A DNA stretch of 63,548 bases, filler included, from Octopus bimaculoides (taxonomy: Eukaryota), in NCBI RefSeq assembly GCF_001194135.2. It is 5 parts of 5 records of this genome, joined end to end, with 100 filler letters (N's around TTAATTAATTAA, not from the genome) between each part and the next. Parts side by side here need not be neighbours in the genome. Positions count along the whole stretch, not along the records: positions 1 to 25,787 come from NC_068981.1; positions 25,888 to 40,718 come from NC_068983.1; 3 more parts are not named here. One strand, given 5' to 3'. The first letter of the stretch is position 1. Every line of letters starts with the position of its first letter. A model generated the notes under the pieces. That model did no database searches. It had not been told where the DNA came from and worked only from the letters and a program-made list of their open reading frames with translations. A program made the translations under genes and the position numbers. Below are positions 12,913-26,269 of this stretch, in pieces.

Positions 12913-13731
12913 CATATATATTTATATGTATATATATATATAGTGAGAGAAAGAGAGTGAGAGAGAGCAAGAGATAGAGAGACAGAGAGAGAAAGGTATA
13001 TAGTCTGTAAAATGATGTACTTTAATTTGAAATAGCATTAACGTGTTAATATAAATTTATTTCAAATTATATACTTATACATACAACAGAACTTACAAAT
13101 TTTTAGACATTAAAACGCATGCAGAAAAGCTCTCATAATTATTTACTAAAAGATTGAGTAAGCTACTTCATATAGTTATAAGTATGCATTTGTGTGTATA
13201 TATTTATATGTATGTGAGCGCGACTGTGCGCACACACACACATCACACAAATATGTATATACGCAATCACTCGCATACATATCATATAATGGTGAATCGT
13301 AGGAAGTAATACAGCTCTTAGTGAAAGAAAACGATTGATTGCATCCTCTGATTCTGGTGGCTTCAGGTGTACTTAGTAATCAGACTGCATGCTATCTTTA
13401 AAGAACTGAGAATGACTTTTAAAATTCTAACAAAATAACCTAGTAGACAGTTAAGTGGTGTCTATTTTTCTCTTTCTCAATCACAAGTATTCATAATAGT
13501 TGTCCCTCAGCTACACAGGAAAGTTAAAGCATTCATAGTAAAATCTTAGTTTTAATATGTCTCTTTAATCTTAATATATGCTTTCTAAATAGGATATAGT
13601 GCACGCTCTAAATACACGTATACACACATGGAGAAAATATAATAATTCAAGAATAAGTAAGATTATGTATGTATGTATGTATGTATGTATGTATGTATCT
13701 ATCTATCTATCTATCTATCTACCTATCTGTA

Positions 13732-13774
<43 letters not shown>

Positions 13775-13956
13775 AAACACAAGCCCAATCATACACACAC
13801 ACATATACATATATAATTATGTATTTGTATAATATAAATATATGTATATATAATATAAATATAATATAAATATATGTATATATATATATCTGAATTAATC
13901 AATATAAACAATCATATTATTTATGCATACATGCATAAATACTGTATGCATAAATA

Positions 13957-14843
13957 ACATTATCCGATCAATAAGTATCCGGACTATTAGTCGTAGTAAC
14001 AAAACTAAAGCACGCAGTGAGAAGCTGCTTGGCAAAGATTGATCTTGACCCCTTCTGTGCATGGACGTTAACTTTTAACGTTTTAACTTACTACTGCTGT
14101 TTACAGCAGCGTTTGGAATGAAGGTGGGTAGCGTATGATCGTGGCGTTGACCATGACAGAGAAAGTTATGGCGATATCTGCTTAGAGATCTCCGCGTTGC
14201 TGCAGAAAGCGTATGGAGAGGAATGCATGAGTCGCACCAAGTATACGAACGTGTCAGACGTTTCAAAAATGGCCGAAAACATGTCGATCTTGACGAAAGT
14301 TCTCGGAGACTCGCAACCAGTAGAATTGAGTAAGACATCGCAGATGTGCGGGCAGCTGTGAGGAGAAATCGTCGAATTACATCCGTGAGTTATCAGAGGA
14401 TGTGCAGATTAGTTACGGTTCAGTTCAGTCCATTATCATTCAAGATTTGGGTATGGAACGCGTGTCTGCCAAGCTTATACCAAATCTGCTTTCAGCTGAC
14501 CAAAAAGACACCCGGGCTTCAGTTGCACAAGCTCCCCTGATTCTGTCGAGAACAATGAAGACTTTTTGAAAACTTTCCGTAGGCGTCTGGGCTTGTATCA
14601 CCAAGCTTTTTCAAAATTTGATGTAGATTCTTTGCTCAACTTTCTCGATCATGGTCAATGCGACGATCACACGCTACACACCGCTCTTTCAAGCATTGTT
14701 CTGATCAGCAGAAGTAAGCTAGAACGTTAGAATGTATTACGTAAGCACAGCAACGTCGAATGTCAATCTGAGCCAAGTGGTAACCTGCGTGCTTTCGCTT
14801 CGTTACTATGGCATTAATCCGGATACTTATTGATCGGACGACG
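13957..14843. mobile_element. Fold-back mariner derivative built from two inverted 5' halves
   Basis: About 200-bp inverted arms (ccgatcaataagtatccgga...gaccatga..gagaaagtt). The + arm encodes LQKAYGEECMSRT; the - arm encodes MIEKVEQRIYIKF. TA at 14844-14845. Confidence 0.85.
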
Positions 14844-16061
14844 TATATATATGTATACACACACACACACACACATTCATATACTTGTGTGTATGTGTGC
14901 GTGCATGCACGCGCGCGCTTGGTGTGTGCGTTCACGCATATGTCTAAATATAACTGTGTGGATATATGTATGTATTTGAATGCGCGTATGTATCTATGTG
15001 GTTATAAGCATTTATCAATCTATTGATTTTTGTATCTATGAATCATATGAAAGAACTCGGCGATACAATTACTTCAACAGACAATCACATACATTTGTCA
15101 TAACTATAGTTCATGTACACACGTCGACCACACATACACATGTCATTGTAGAGGCACACGAAAAGAAAGAAATATATTATGGAAGAAAAGGGGATTTTTA
15201 ATTGTCTTCGTATAATAAATACACAAGGGACCGAACACTTAAATTATTTCCCGTATTTATTGTGTAAATATTTAACAGCAATATATTTTCCATTAAAACT
15301 ATAAATTCGGGTTGTGTTGTTTTTTTATTTTTAAATTATATTTCAATTCTCTGCCTTCTGCAAAAATGAAATGGAAATCTATATACATCATATTTCCATA
15401 TATATGTAATAATTTACCACAACAGATGTTACAGATTGCAAACGCCCACCTTGGCTTTTCACAGAAATACGCACGCATACATACATCACAAATTTGAGTT
15501 TAACTTTATGTGTTTTTACGTGTGTATATCTGTGTAGATATATAAGTTTATAGATACAAGCATTCAAGTATGTAAGTGAAAAGAGAGTGCACGATACTGA
15601 AATGAGAGTTTTATATTACATTTCATAGGCAGCTGAAACTTACTAAATTTACTCCTACTTTCACGTTTCAGTACATCGAGGTTTACGAAAAATGAAATAT
15701 AGGAAATATGTTTAAACGACATATAGTGGAGATGTATCAATATCTAAAGGCGTTTTCATTGGATAAGCTGGTTGCTTGTAATTTTCGTGTGCAAATTACA
15801 TAAGGGGTTAGAGGGGAAATAAACCTTTAGGTTACAAAACTGAAATTGAGAAATAGTAGGGATGTAGAAGAAATTCATCCTTGTATAATGTATGTGCGTA
15901 TGTATGTATGCATGTATGTATGTATGTACGTATGTATGTATGTATGTATGTATGTATGTATGTATGTGAAGACGTTGTCTATGTCTGCTCGAGACTAAAT
16001 GCATACACATATATACATACGCGCATGTAAGTATACATACATACATACAAACACACTCACG

Positions 16062-16099
<38 letters not shown>

Positions 16100-17757
16100 T
16101 ATATATGAATATATGTCTATATGAACAAGAGAGAAGGAGCACCAGTACTCACTTGGTACACAATTACGGTTTCACAGACTGGAGCAATGAGAAAAGCCGT
16201 ACCTTGTTTAAGGAAACAATACATCGCAGGATCTTGGAATTAAATTTATAACTCTATAATCGCGATTGTTCTGAAATCCTTATATGCAGGATATTTACAT
16301 ATATGTGTGTGGATGCATGCGTGTTCCCGTACGTGGCTGTATGTATTTGTGTTACGCAAACCTTCCAGTATAAACGATGCTGTTGCCGGTGTAATGTTCC
16401 CTGTAGGGTCCTTTGGGGGTTGAAGATCGGAGAGGAAGACCCTTACTGAAAATTAACATCTTTTCATCAATACTTCAACGACTGTAAAAGAAGCAGTTTC
16501 CTATTTGATATTATCATTGTAGCTATATTATCCTCAAAAGGTTTGGGAATGCTCAATTTTGACGTTTAATTTTCTGTTATTAATATCGATATCCAGACTC
16601 AAGATCTAGGTCCAGCAATGGACTTAAAACCAACAACATACACGTTAACAGATCCACACAAACACACATATACAACAAAATACCTACATACGCACACTGA
16701 AAAACCCATATTTTAGAGCAGTAAAGTTCTCATTACATGTTTCTTATTAGCTTTATTCTTTTATTCTTTTATCAGTTTCAGTCAATTTGACTGTGCTCAT
16801 GCTGAAACACCGCCTTTAGTCGAATAAATCGATCCCAGGGATTTGTAAGCCTAGTACTTATTCTACGGTTTCTTTCTTTTTTTTTTTTTGCTGAATTGCC
16901 AAGTTACATGGGCATAAACAGATGTACGGTTTCAAGCGAAAGTGGGAGGGCAAACACAAACACACAGATACACAGACACACAAACACGCAATATANNNNN
17001 NNNNNNNNNNNNNNNNNNNNNNNNNNNNNNNNNNNNNNNNNNNNNNNNNNNNNNNNNNNNNNNNNNNNNNNNNNNNNNNNNNNNNNNNNNNNNNNNNNNN
17101 NNNNNNNNNNNNNNNNNNNNNNNNNNNNNNNNNNNNNNNNNNNNNNNNNNNNNNNNNNNNNNNNNNNNNNNNNNNNNNNNNNNNNNNNNNNNNNNNNNNN
17201 NNNNNNNNNNNNNNNNNNNNNNNNNNNNNNNNNNNNNNNNNNNNNNNNNNNNNNNNNNNNNNNNNNNNNNNNNNNNNNNNNNNNNNNNNNNNNNNNNNNN
17301 NNNNNNNNNNNNNNNNNNNNNNNNNNNNNNNNNNNNNNNNNNNNNNNNNNNNNNNNNNNNNNNNNNNNNNNNNNNNNNNNNNNNNNNNNNNNNNNNNNNN
17401 NNNNNNNNNNNNNNNNNNNNNNNNNNNNNNNNNNNNNNNNNNNNNNNNNNNNNNNNNNNNNNNNNNNNNNNNNNNNNNNNNNNNNNNNNNNNNNNNNNNN
17501 NNNNNNNNNNNNNNNNNNNNNNNNNNNNNNNNNNNNNNNNNNNNNNNNNNNNNNNNNNNNNNNNNNNNNNNNNNNNNNNNNNNNNNNNNNNNNNNNNNNN
17601 NNNNNNNNNNNNNNNNNNNNNNNNNNNNNNNNNNNNNNNNNNNNNNNNNNNNNNNNNNNNNNNNNNNNNNNNNNNNNNNNNNNNNNNNNNNNNNNNNNNN
17701 NNNNNNNNNNNNNNNNNNNNNNNNNNNNNNNNNNNNNNNNNNNNNNNNNNNNNNNNN

Positions 17758-17808
<51 letters not shown>

Positions 17809-17971
17809 CACACACATATATACATATACACGCATATATATATGCATGCATATATATATATACAAATATATATTATGTGTGTATATATGTACATGTGTGT
17901 ATGTATATATGTATATTTAAACATATATATATATATGTATATATAAACATATATATATATACATATACATA

Positions 17972-18083
<112 letters not shown>

Positions 18084-19888
18084 CATAGGTATACATATAT
18101 GTATATATATATATATATATCTATATATATATATATGCGCGAATATAACTATCCATGGATGTATATGTATGTATATATACACACCTGGTAGTTACATAAA
18201 AGTTAAACGATTTAGTTAAAATATAGGATGACATTTTTAAGTAGTAACCAAAAGATGTCTGCAATTAATTGATACAGTCTATCAGTTTGCATAATGATGT
18301 ACTTCGACTGTGCGCATGCACAAGCACAAGCGTGCGTTAGAACCTCCTCTCTGTGTGTTTATCTGCATATTAACTCATATGTGGGCATGCATCTTTCTTA
18401 CATAATGATGTACGTAATCTGAGCCCACACACGGATAAAATACGCGTACGAAGGCGCATATAAATGTGTGTATAAATCTTAACATACATGAGTATATATA
18501 TATATATGTGTGTGTGTGTATGTATATATGTTTATATGCGATGAATGTATTCGTCCTTTTGTTCGTCTCTGTTCTTGCGATAATAGGTTTACTACCAACA
18601 CGCACACTTGCATATAATTTTTTTACTTTGTTCATCATTTTAACGAAGGGTATTCGTTTGTTACAAATACTGTCGCTATGCAGTGTAATAACGGCTGATG
18701 TTTGGTAATTTATTTGAAAGTCTAAACATGGAAGAGAAATACAATTACGATGTGAATTTTCTTTTAAAACCACAGCGAAAAAAAACAAACAGCCTGAAAT
18801 TACAAAAACGTAAGATGAACGATTAAGATTATTTGAGATTTTTTTCTTTCCGGTCACAGCATAACTAAATCGTTTTATGAAACGAAAGAAACCGGTATCA
18901 TGGCTTAATAAAAATGTAAATAAAAGTTAAAAGAAGATATACCATACTGAATTAATTACCAAATCTATGTATGTAATAATTGATGAATATCTGATTTGCA
19001 TTGTGATGTGTGTAGTGTGACAACAACGACAGTAACGCACATATAAAATATGCTTATAAGATTATATGTAGATAAATGCTTTTATATATTGATGAACGTA
19101 GTTTGGGTACATGCAAAAATACACGCATAAAACATATGCGTGTATACTTGTAAAAGTATTCAGATGTGAGCATGTGTATACAGGTTACATCAGCCATTTG
19201 TCTACAGAACGTTTTAGAAACATAAGTGACCCAAACTTTAACTAAACAGCCCCTCTTTTTTTTTCACACCCAGTACAGGAGTTTCGAATCTATCGCAGAC
19301 GAAGAAAAGATATCTCGGTCACGTCGTCTTAACTACCAACCAGCAATTCTGGGATTGCAACCTTCATAAATGCCGTCATTTCATAACAAAGAAAAATGCG
19401 TTCTCGAGATTTCGCGTGCGCTCAGCAAGTCCAGGGCAACGAGAATAAATCAGGGTCCCGGCACGTTAATGGATACCATAGCCAATCATCTAAATGTGCC
19501 GGAGCCTAAATCCTATTTTATGAGCAGAGGGCAGTGCGTGTCATATGAGACCATGGGAAATCCTGTGATCCTGTCGAAGCGTTTGCTGAACCAACTCTAA
19601 CACTTCGAAGATCAGAGTGTGTCGCATGCTGTCGTTCTTCTCAGATGAGATCTTCGTTACTAAATCTCTCTCTGCCCTCTCACAAAACCTAATAATTACA
19701 AAAGTTGGTAACGACTTCCACGTGGCATTGTCCTACCTTCTTTAGAAGAGGAGATAATTCCATATTGATTGTTTATGTTTTTTATCATACTCTTATTCAT
19801 CTTCCCTATTCAAATACATGACACTAGCCTCTCTGAGTAACCTCCCCATCTCTCTTGGCTTAAGTTTGTGTTACTTATGCAAAGTTAC

Positions 19889-19925
19889 CTGTATTATTAA
19901 CACGTTTAATTCATTTTGTATATAT
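19889..19925 (-). CDS. Candidate small exon (37 nt; R/YIQNELNVLIIQ)
   Basis: Acceptor atcattttctttcag, donor CAG|gtaact; only the phase-2 frame is open. No homology recognised. Confidence 0.35.
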
Positions 19926-20873
19926 CTGAAAGAAAATGATTGGGATCAATGTAATTACTCAAAAACCCTTAAATGTAGCACATATGAATGCCGTATGTAT
20001 TGTGAGAGGAAAGCGAAGAATGAAAATTAAGATCTAAGATCTACTTTTAACTCTTGAAATCTCTCATATCAGAATATCATGTTTATTTTATACCACGTAT
20101 TGTAGTCTGTTTTCCATCTGTTTATATATCTGTTAAGACATGAGGTTTATACTATATTGACTTTAAACTATACTGAATGGTATGAATTATGCAATATTGC
20201 AATTTTCACATTCTGCAAGGTAATAATCAATGAGTGTTTGATTTCACAGTCCAACTGAAAGTTACATAAATATGTAGAACCTACTCTCTAACATTATGAA
20301 GACAATGTGTATGATCAGATGTTTATAAAACCAAACAATATAAATTTCCAGGATTGGAAGTAGCCATTCAATGTAAACCATAAGATATGTAACAATATGG
20401 ACAACTTAAAATTTTCAGATGTATAATATAAAACAACAAAAATTATCAACTCTGTATATTGCATAACATGAAATGTTATGACATAACGTACTGAGTGAAT
20501 CATAAGACTTGTTTGAAACAAAATGAGAATTATCGAATATCCAAGATATCTAACAATGAATAATCAATTGTGAAATACACTGCACTACATATGCTCATGT
20601 ATTGCACATGAAAATGCATTATTAGATTTCTAGGCAAAACTTACGAAACAAAAGAAATACTGGTTAACTAGACGCATAAGATATTTTAAAATGTGAGGCA
20701 TTATTAGATTTATGTCAACTTACAATGTGTAGGTCACTTTATGAATTGTGAAAATGGCAAATATATCAGAAGGAAACTGGTGAGATGTGTAATTAAGTTA
20801 CAATGTGAAACATCAGATGTGTTAGACATACAAGGTGTATTTGACGATTTTGTATGAAAATCATTAGACTTAC

Positions 20874-20890
20874 CTATGTACATTATCAGA
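20874..20890 (-). CDS. Candidate micro-exon (17 nt; SDNVH; alternative in-frame acceptor at 20923)
   Basis: Donor TAG|gtaagt; weak acceptor; phase 0 to 2 fits both neighbours. Confidence 0.25.
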
Positions 20891-20982
20891 CTTGTAATAT
20901 ACATCACAACGCATGAATGAGATCTATCTAATTCAAAATAATTCTCAAGTAGGTCTCCGTATAGGTGAGGAGCGATTCTTAC

Positions 20983-21017
20983 CTTATAAAATATGAAGAC
21001 ACAAACCGTAAAAACTA
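20983..21017 (-). CDS. Candidate small exon (35 nt; hydrophobic VFTVCVFIFYK)
   Basis: Acceptor gatttgtttctattttcag, donor AAG|gtaaga; only the phase-1 frame is open. Confidence 0.35.
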
Positions 21018-22633
21018 CTGAAAATAGAAACAAATCTCTTTATTAGATCTCTCGGTCTTAAATAAAACATACAATTATTCTTTTCATGTACTTTTATATT
21101 GTTGGATCCATCAGAAAATTAATGAATTCTTTCTTAAATTGAGATTTTTCCCTGTCGTATTTTAGTCAACACGCACTCAATGTTTCCATTAATAAATTGG
21201 GAAGCACATATGTCTGAAGGAATTCTAGTTTTTACGAATAAATCATAAATGCTATGAAAAGAAGAGCCACTTTACCAATTTTATTTCCAATAGTAGGGCA
21301 ACAAACATTCTTCCTCTAGATCTTGTATGCAAACAGAAGCATCTGAAAAACGCCCATTACAAAAACCCTCTTACGATTAGATGTGATGATGCTTTCATCC
21401 ACTAGTAGACTATCGTATGCTGCTTTCCCTAACAATCTCATTGCTAGACAATAATGTATGCAGATATTATCACTTATTACAAAGCATTTATGATAAATAA
21501 AAAAATCAGTTAAAAGCCAATGACTACTTTCTACTTACTAATTTAATTTTGAAAAACAAATTAATCTCACGAATAAAATACTTCTCATTTAAGTGTTTAT
21601 CGGTTTGGTCTCTGTATTCATCTCTTCATCTCCGTGGTTTCTGTTTTGTTTACCTGTTCTACTTTTTAGTAGGAATGAATTTATTTAGTACATCTTTGGC
21701 GTAGATATGGCGTGCATCAATGGTTATTATCTAAACCATTTTTACACAACCAGCTAAAAAACCTTTACATTTTGTCCAATGATAATCTGAACGTATTGTT
21801 TACTGAAATATGCTACTAAGTAGAGTATATTCCTCGCACATTACCGTGCAAAGTAAAAATATCACAAAGTTGTGACTTTTCAAAACTTCCCAGAAATTAA
21901 CTTAGCTTTCATTATCTGTTGGAAAAGCTATTACGTTCTTAAAGATAAAGTTATTTTACGCTCATCAATAAAAGTGAAATTTAAACTCAAAGAAATTTTA
22001 TTTGAAACAATTAAACATTGATACTTTCCGACCGTCAACCTCGATTCATTAAACCATATCTACGTGTCGCTTTAAATAGTGCTCTTTAAAAACACGAAAT
22101 TGCTTTTAATCCATCGAGATTCAAATAGTGAAAATAGTTTAACGTTGTGCACACAATTATAGTAATAACCGGAATGAGGTTTCTCGAAAAATTATGTGCT
22201 ACCAAATACTAACAGTTTTGATCAATTGTCTAAGGCAAGTTTTATGGTAAAAAAAAGTGGTTACGACCATATTTTTGTCCTCAACTCCAGATGCTCATAA
22301 TCTACGTTGATGCCCATTGTTTTAGGCATATTAGTATATGGAACTTCTAAATTCTAAATCAGTTAAATTTATTCTAAACCACGGGGAAAATCCTTTCAGA
22401 AACATTGAGAGTTTATTGGAAAAATAATATGATGTCTGATTCTCATGAAACACAAATTCATATTTTATTCAGAGAGTATGATGTTAGAGATAGACAGACA
22501 ATTGTTAATGGCATCAATGCATTTATAAATTGGGTTTACAGTTGTGAGGAATAAATACAATTAAGCATAGCAAAGAAAACAATAGTAAAATGAAAGTCCA
22601 TAACAGTTCTTTACTGATAGGTGGATGTCTTAC

Positions 22634-22676
22634 CAGTGAAGAACAAATATGAAGGCTTGTCTGGATTCGTCTCTTT
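22634..22676 (-). CDS. Candidate exon (KETNPDKPSYLFFT); acceptor uncertain
   Basis: Donor CTG|gtaaga; a phase-1 end fits 20983-21017; acceptor ttaacactccag is weak. Confidence 0.22.
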
Positions 22677-23368
22677 CTGGAGTGTTAACTTTCCAGATAT
22701 CGATTTAAATTACTATGCACTTTTGATTTCATGTTTACTTCCCTTCTCTTTGTGTTTAATTATGTTTTGTACTCATTTCTGTATAACTAATTTATAAATG
22801 CTTCTGTTGTCTTATGATTTATAATTACTTTCTTTAGATTAATCGCTCCATTTCGTAGAGGTATTACTTGTTTGCCTTAATTCCATCATATTGTTTGATG
22901 TTGGTTTTTACGTATTTGTTCCGGACTGAGCACTAATCTAGTATCTATTATTATCCTTTTGACGAATATCATTCAGAAAGAATATATTTAATGCAGTACT
23001 GAAATAAAATATACAATAGTGAACTGAAAACAAGTGGAACACTAGTATATTGGCTTGATTAAGTTAGCTATAGATATGTTGATACGCTTAAAAATGTATT
23101 AGTTATACATGCACCAAAAAATTTTAAATTTACTCCGTTGAGTTATAATGTCAGTTTTCGTTATTATTGTATGATTCCAATATTTGCATGCTTTACCTTT
23201 GAGTATGCGCTATAAGATTTCTTTTCCAAACATATTAGAAAAGGTGCATATAACGGAAATCGAATGCAATAATTTCCGTTATTTTTAGTATTTTATTACG
23301 TAATGCATGAAAGAGAAAACTAGTGCGGAAGAATTATCTTCCTTGGAATTGTATGGAATTGCACTCAC

Positions 23369-23449
23369 TTAATGCAGGATTTACCCATAGAAAAATGCAA
23401 GTAAAAGAGACAAACGGGACTTAATATAGTTATTAGAGATATCCAATAC
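23369..23449 (-). CDS. Candidate 81-nt exon (YWISLITILSPVCLFYLHFSMGKSCI)
   Basis: Acceptor atgttttcag, donor TAA|gtgagt (alternative donor at 23384); not phase-linked with confidence. Confidence 0.18.
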
Positions 23450-23890
23450 CTGAAAACATAGCCTTGTGCTTTTTTTTTTCAATGCAAGCAGGCCATTCCA
23501 GTAAATCATTATGTGTATACATGCGCTTGCATGTGCAACATGACATGTAAAATCAAGTACAACATCACTATTCAATTCTATGTACATTCATGCTTCTATT
23601 GATTGCATAGTTATAACATTATGATTCAGATTTTGATATTTCTAAAACATTCTTTTTCGCTGGATCCAATTCTGTTATTTTCAGGCATTGCAATATAACG
23701 TATTTCATTCAATATTGCCTTCCTCTCTCTCATTCCATTTCATTTAATCTGGCTCGGTGAAAAAGAAAAAAAAAAAACGTCCCTGCAATAAACAAGAATC
23801 GAATCAATTAAGAGAAAAATTTTGCAACATTTACTTAAAAGGAATACATGTGAATGTTGGCTTCCAGTAATATCATTATTATTAACAAAC

Positions 23891-24815
23891 GCAGTGGACT
23901 GGCGGAATAGTTAGAGCGTTGGACAAAATACTTGGCGGCATTCCTTACGGCCCTGAATATTTAGAGTTCAAATCCACCGCGGCCAGCTTTGCCTTTCATC
24001 CTTTCGTGTTGATTAATATAAGGTATAACACTCTCCCCTGAATTTGCAGGCAGTATGCCAAAATCTGAAACAATTACAAAACGGGTAGCTAGTAGAATTG
24101 TGAGCCAGACACAATGATTAGTGGCATTTCTTCTGGCTCTATGTTATGAGTTCAAATATTGCCGAGGTTAGCTTTGACTTTCATCACTTCGGTGTCGATA
24201 AAATAACTGACACATGAACATTGCCGCGCATATAATCAACTTGCTTCTGCCATCTATCAACATTTGAAACAGTTAATATTATTACCTTAAAAGGCTGTGG
24301 ATTGGTGGAAATATAATGGCGTCGGACAAAATGTTCAGCAGCATTTCTTCCGACTCTTTACGTTATAACTTCAAATTCTGCTGAAGTCAACTTTGCCTTA
24401 AAACTACTGACTATGCGCCAAAATTTTAATCAAATATCATTACTAATTAATGCTGTGGATTGGCAAAGTTGTCAGAATCAGTAAAAATGTCGAGTGGTAT
24501 TTATATTATTTACTTACGTATTGAGATACAAAACCACTAGCTACTCACCTGGTCACAAAATTGTTGGACAATGACAAAATAAAACAGACCCATCATTAAT
24601 ATTGCAATTATTTTACTGATCGTAAGGTGGTGTGCTGATATATTCGTTAGCACCCTGGGCAAATGCTTAGCGGCAATTCTTCGTCTTTACATTTTGAGTT
24701 CAAATTCCGCCAAAATCGACTTTTCCTTTCAGCGTCGTTAAAATAAGCACAAGTTGAAAACTGGGGTCGATTTAATTGACTTAGCTTTCTCCCAAAATCC
24801 GCAGGTCTTGTGCTG
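23891..24815 (+). mobile_element. Cluster of about 5 diverged SINE family A copies
   Basis: Repeated gagttcaaat..gccgaggtc.actttgcctttcatc modules. Confidence 0.8.
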
Positions 24816-25370
24816 ATCCTTTCTTTTTTTTTCCTTCCTCGGAGTCCTTTTAATTCGCAACTGTTTACCATATCTTATTTATTTGGCAAAGGAAGCGGGA
24901 TTCCATGTGATGATACGCATCTACATTATATGGGTGTGACAGCCAACAATTTTACGGCATTATACGCACAACACATAAATTCCGAGATAATCCGAATGAC
25001 TTCTCCAACAATGAGTAAATCTGAAGATTTTAAAAGCTTTCTCTGGATTATCGTTTCTGATTTAAGCAATTACAATCGGGTTATTTCTATTTGTCTTTTT
25101 TTGTATTTGAGTAGATTCTTTCTTTATTAAAATAGATTCTTCTTGAATTGATACATCGACTGTGTTACATTTACTTTTCGTGTTGTCGTCGATTAATATA
25201 TCTGAGGATTCTTCTTCATCTCCTAGAGTTTGAAAAAATATGATGCATTGTCATTTTTTATCATTATCTGTGATGATTCAAATTGTTAGTTAGTGCTTTT
25301 CCATTTATCTCCATATTTTATAATGCTGATATAATTTTCAGTAGAGGACTGCTGCAGCTTTGTCGTGCGG

Positions 25371-25371
25371 A

Positions 25372-25424
<53 letters not shown>
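25371..25424. repeat. (TATC)n microsatellite
   Basis: Direct reading. Confidence 0.95.
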
Positions 25425-25787
25425 GGATGCGTTGTCAGAGCTAGGATGCGTGCTCTAAGGGACGAGGGAGTTGGAGCGGCCCGAGAGGCCTGAGTAGCGG
25501 AGGCGCAACGAGGCAACAGAGCCACCATTAGATCTCTGACAGATGAAGAAGGGCGCGAATTACTCGAGCCTGAAAGGATGTGCGAGGCCTTTCAATAGCA
25601 CTTTACCCGACTGTTCGGGACAACTGGTGGGTCAGAACGCAGAGTAGACTTTAGTGCCTACCTGCATGGCCTGCCACGACTCTCAGCAAGAGAGGCGGAG
25701 TATTGTGAAGGACCCATCACAGCCGCGGACGTACGGGATGCGATGGCAGGCTGCAAGGGAGACAAGTCGCCAGGCTTGGATGGTCTG
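25425..25787 (+). mobile_element. L1/Tx1-clade LINE ORF2 fragment, 5'-truncated, running into a gap
   Basis: GCVVRARMRAL...HFTRLF...LPRLSAREAEYCEGPITAADVRDAMAGCKGDKSPGLDGL (segment just upstream of RT); two stops; GC-rich. Confidence 0.8.
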
Positions 25788-25831
25788 NNNNNNNNNNNNN
25801 NNNNNNNNNNNNNNNNNNNNNNNNNNNNNNN

Positions 25832-25843
25832 TTAATTAATTAA
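25832..25843. other. Assembly gap pad TTAATTAATTAA (also 40763-40774, 55066-55077, 61749-61760)
   Basis: The identical 12-mer, with stops in all six frames, is embedded in N runs four times; artefact. Confidence 0.9.
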
Positions 25844-25888
25844 NNNNNNNNNNNNNNNNNNNNNNNNNNNNNNNNNNNNNNNNNNNNA

Positions 25889-25980
25889 CACCACACCACC
25901 ACACCACACCACACACCACACCACACCACCACACCACACACCACCATACCACTCCACACCACACCACATCACACCACCCC
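25889..25980. repeat. (ACACC)n-type simple repeat
   Basis: Direct reading. Confidence 0.9.
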
Positions 25981-26269
25981 GTGCACACTAGCACTGACCA
26001 CTTCTCAGCACCTACATCAACAACAGGATATTTTTTGTTTGTTTGTGTGTATGTATGTATGTGTGTGTACGTATGTGTGTGTACGTATGTATGTATGGGT
26101 GAACAGATGGATTCATGTATGTGCATGTAAATATGCATATATCTATAGATGCGTACATACACGTAAACATACATGCATACATATGTCTGCGCGCATGTGT
26201 GTGTGTATGTGTGTGTGTGTGTGTGTGTGTATGTGTGTGTGTGTGTGCGTGTGTGCGACCGTGTGTAGA

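Noticed and set aside
18375-18857. 160-aa minus-strand ORF with a good acceptor near 18722
   Set aside because: No recognisable domain, ends in microsatellite, and its open phase does not match the candidate exon chain.
23381-23587. VLDISNNYIK as a leucine-rich repeat
   Set aside because: A single short match followed by a stop, with no LRR periodicity.
24541-24560. Strong minus-strand donor CAG|GTGAGT
   Set aside because: No plausible upstream exon; it lies between SINE copies.
25832-25843. Recurrent palindrome TTAATTAATTAA as a biological element
   Set aside because: Always embedded in N runs; it is an assembly spacer.
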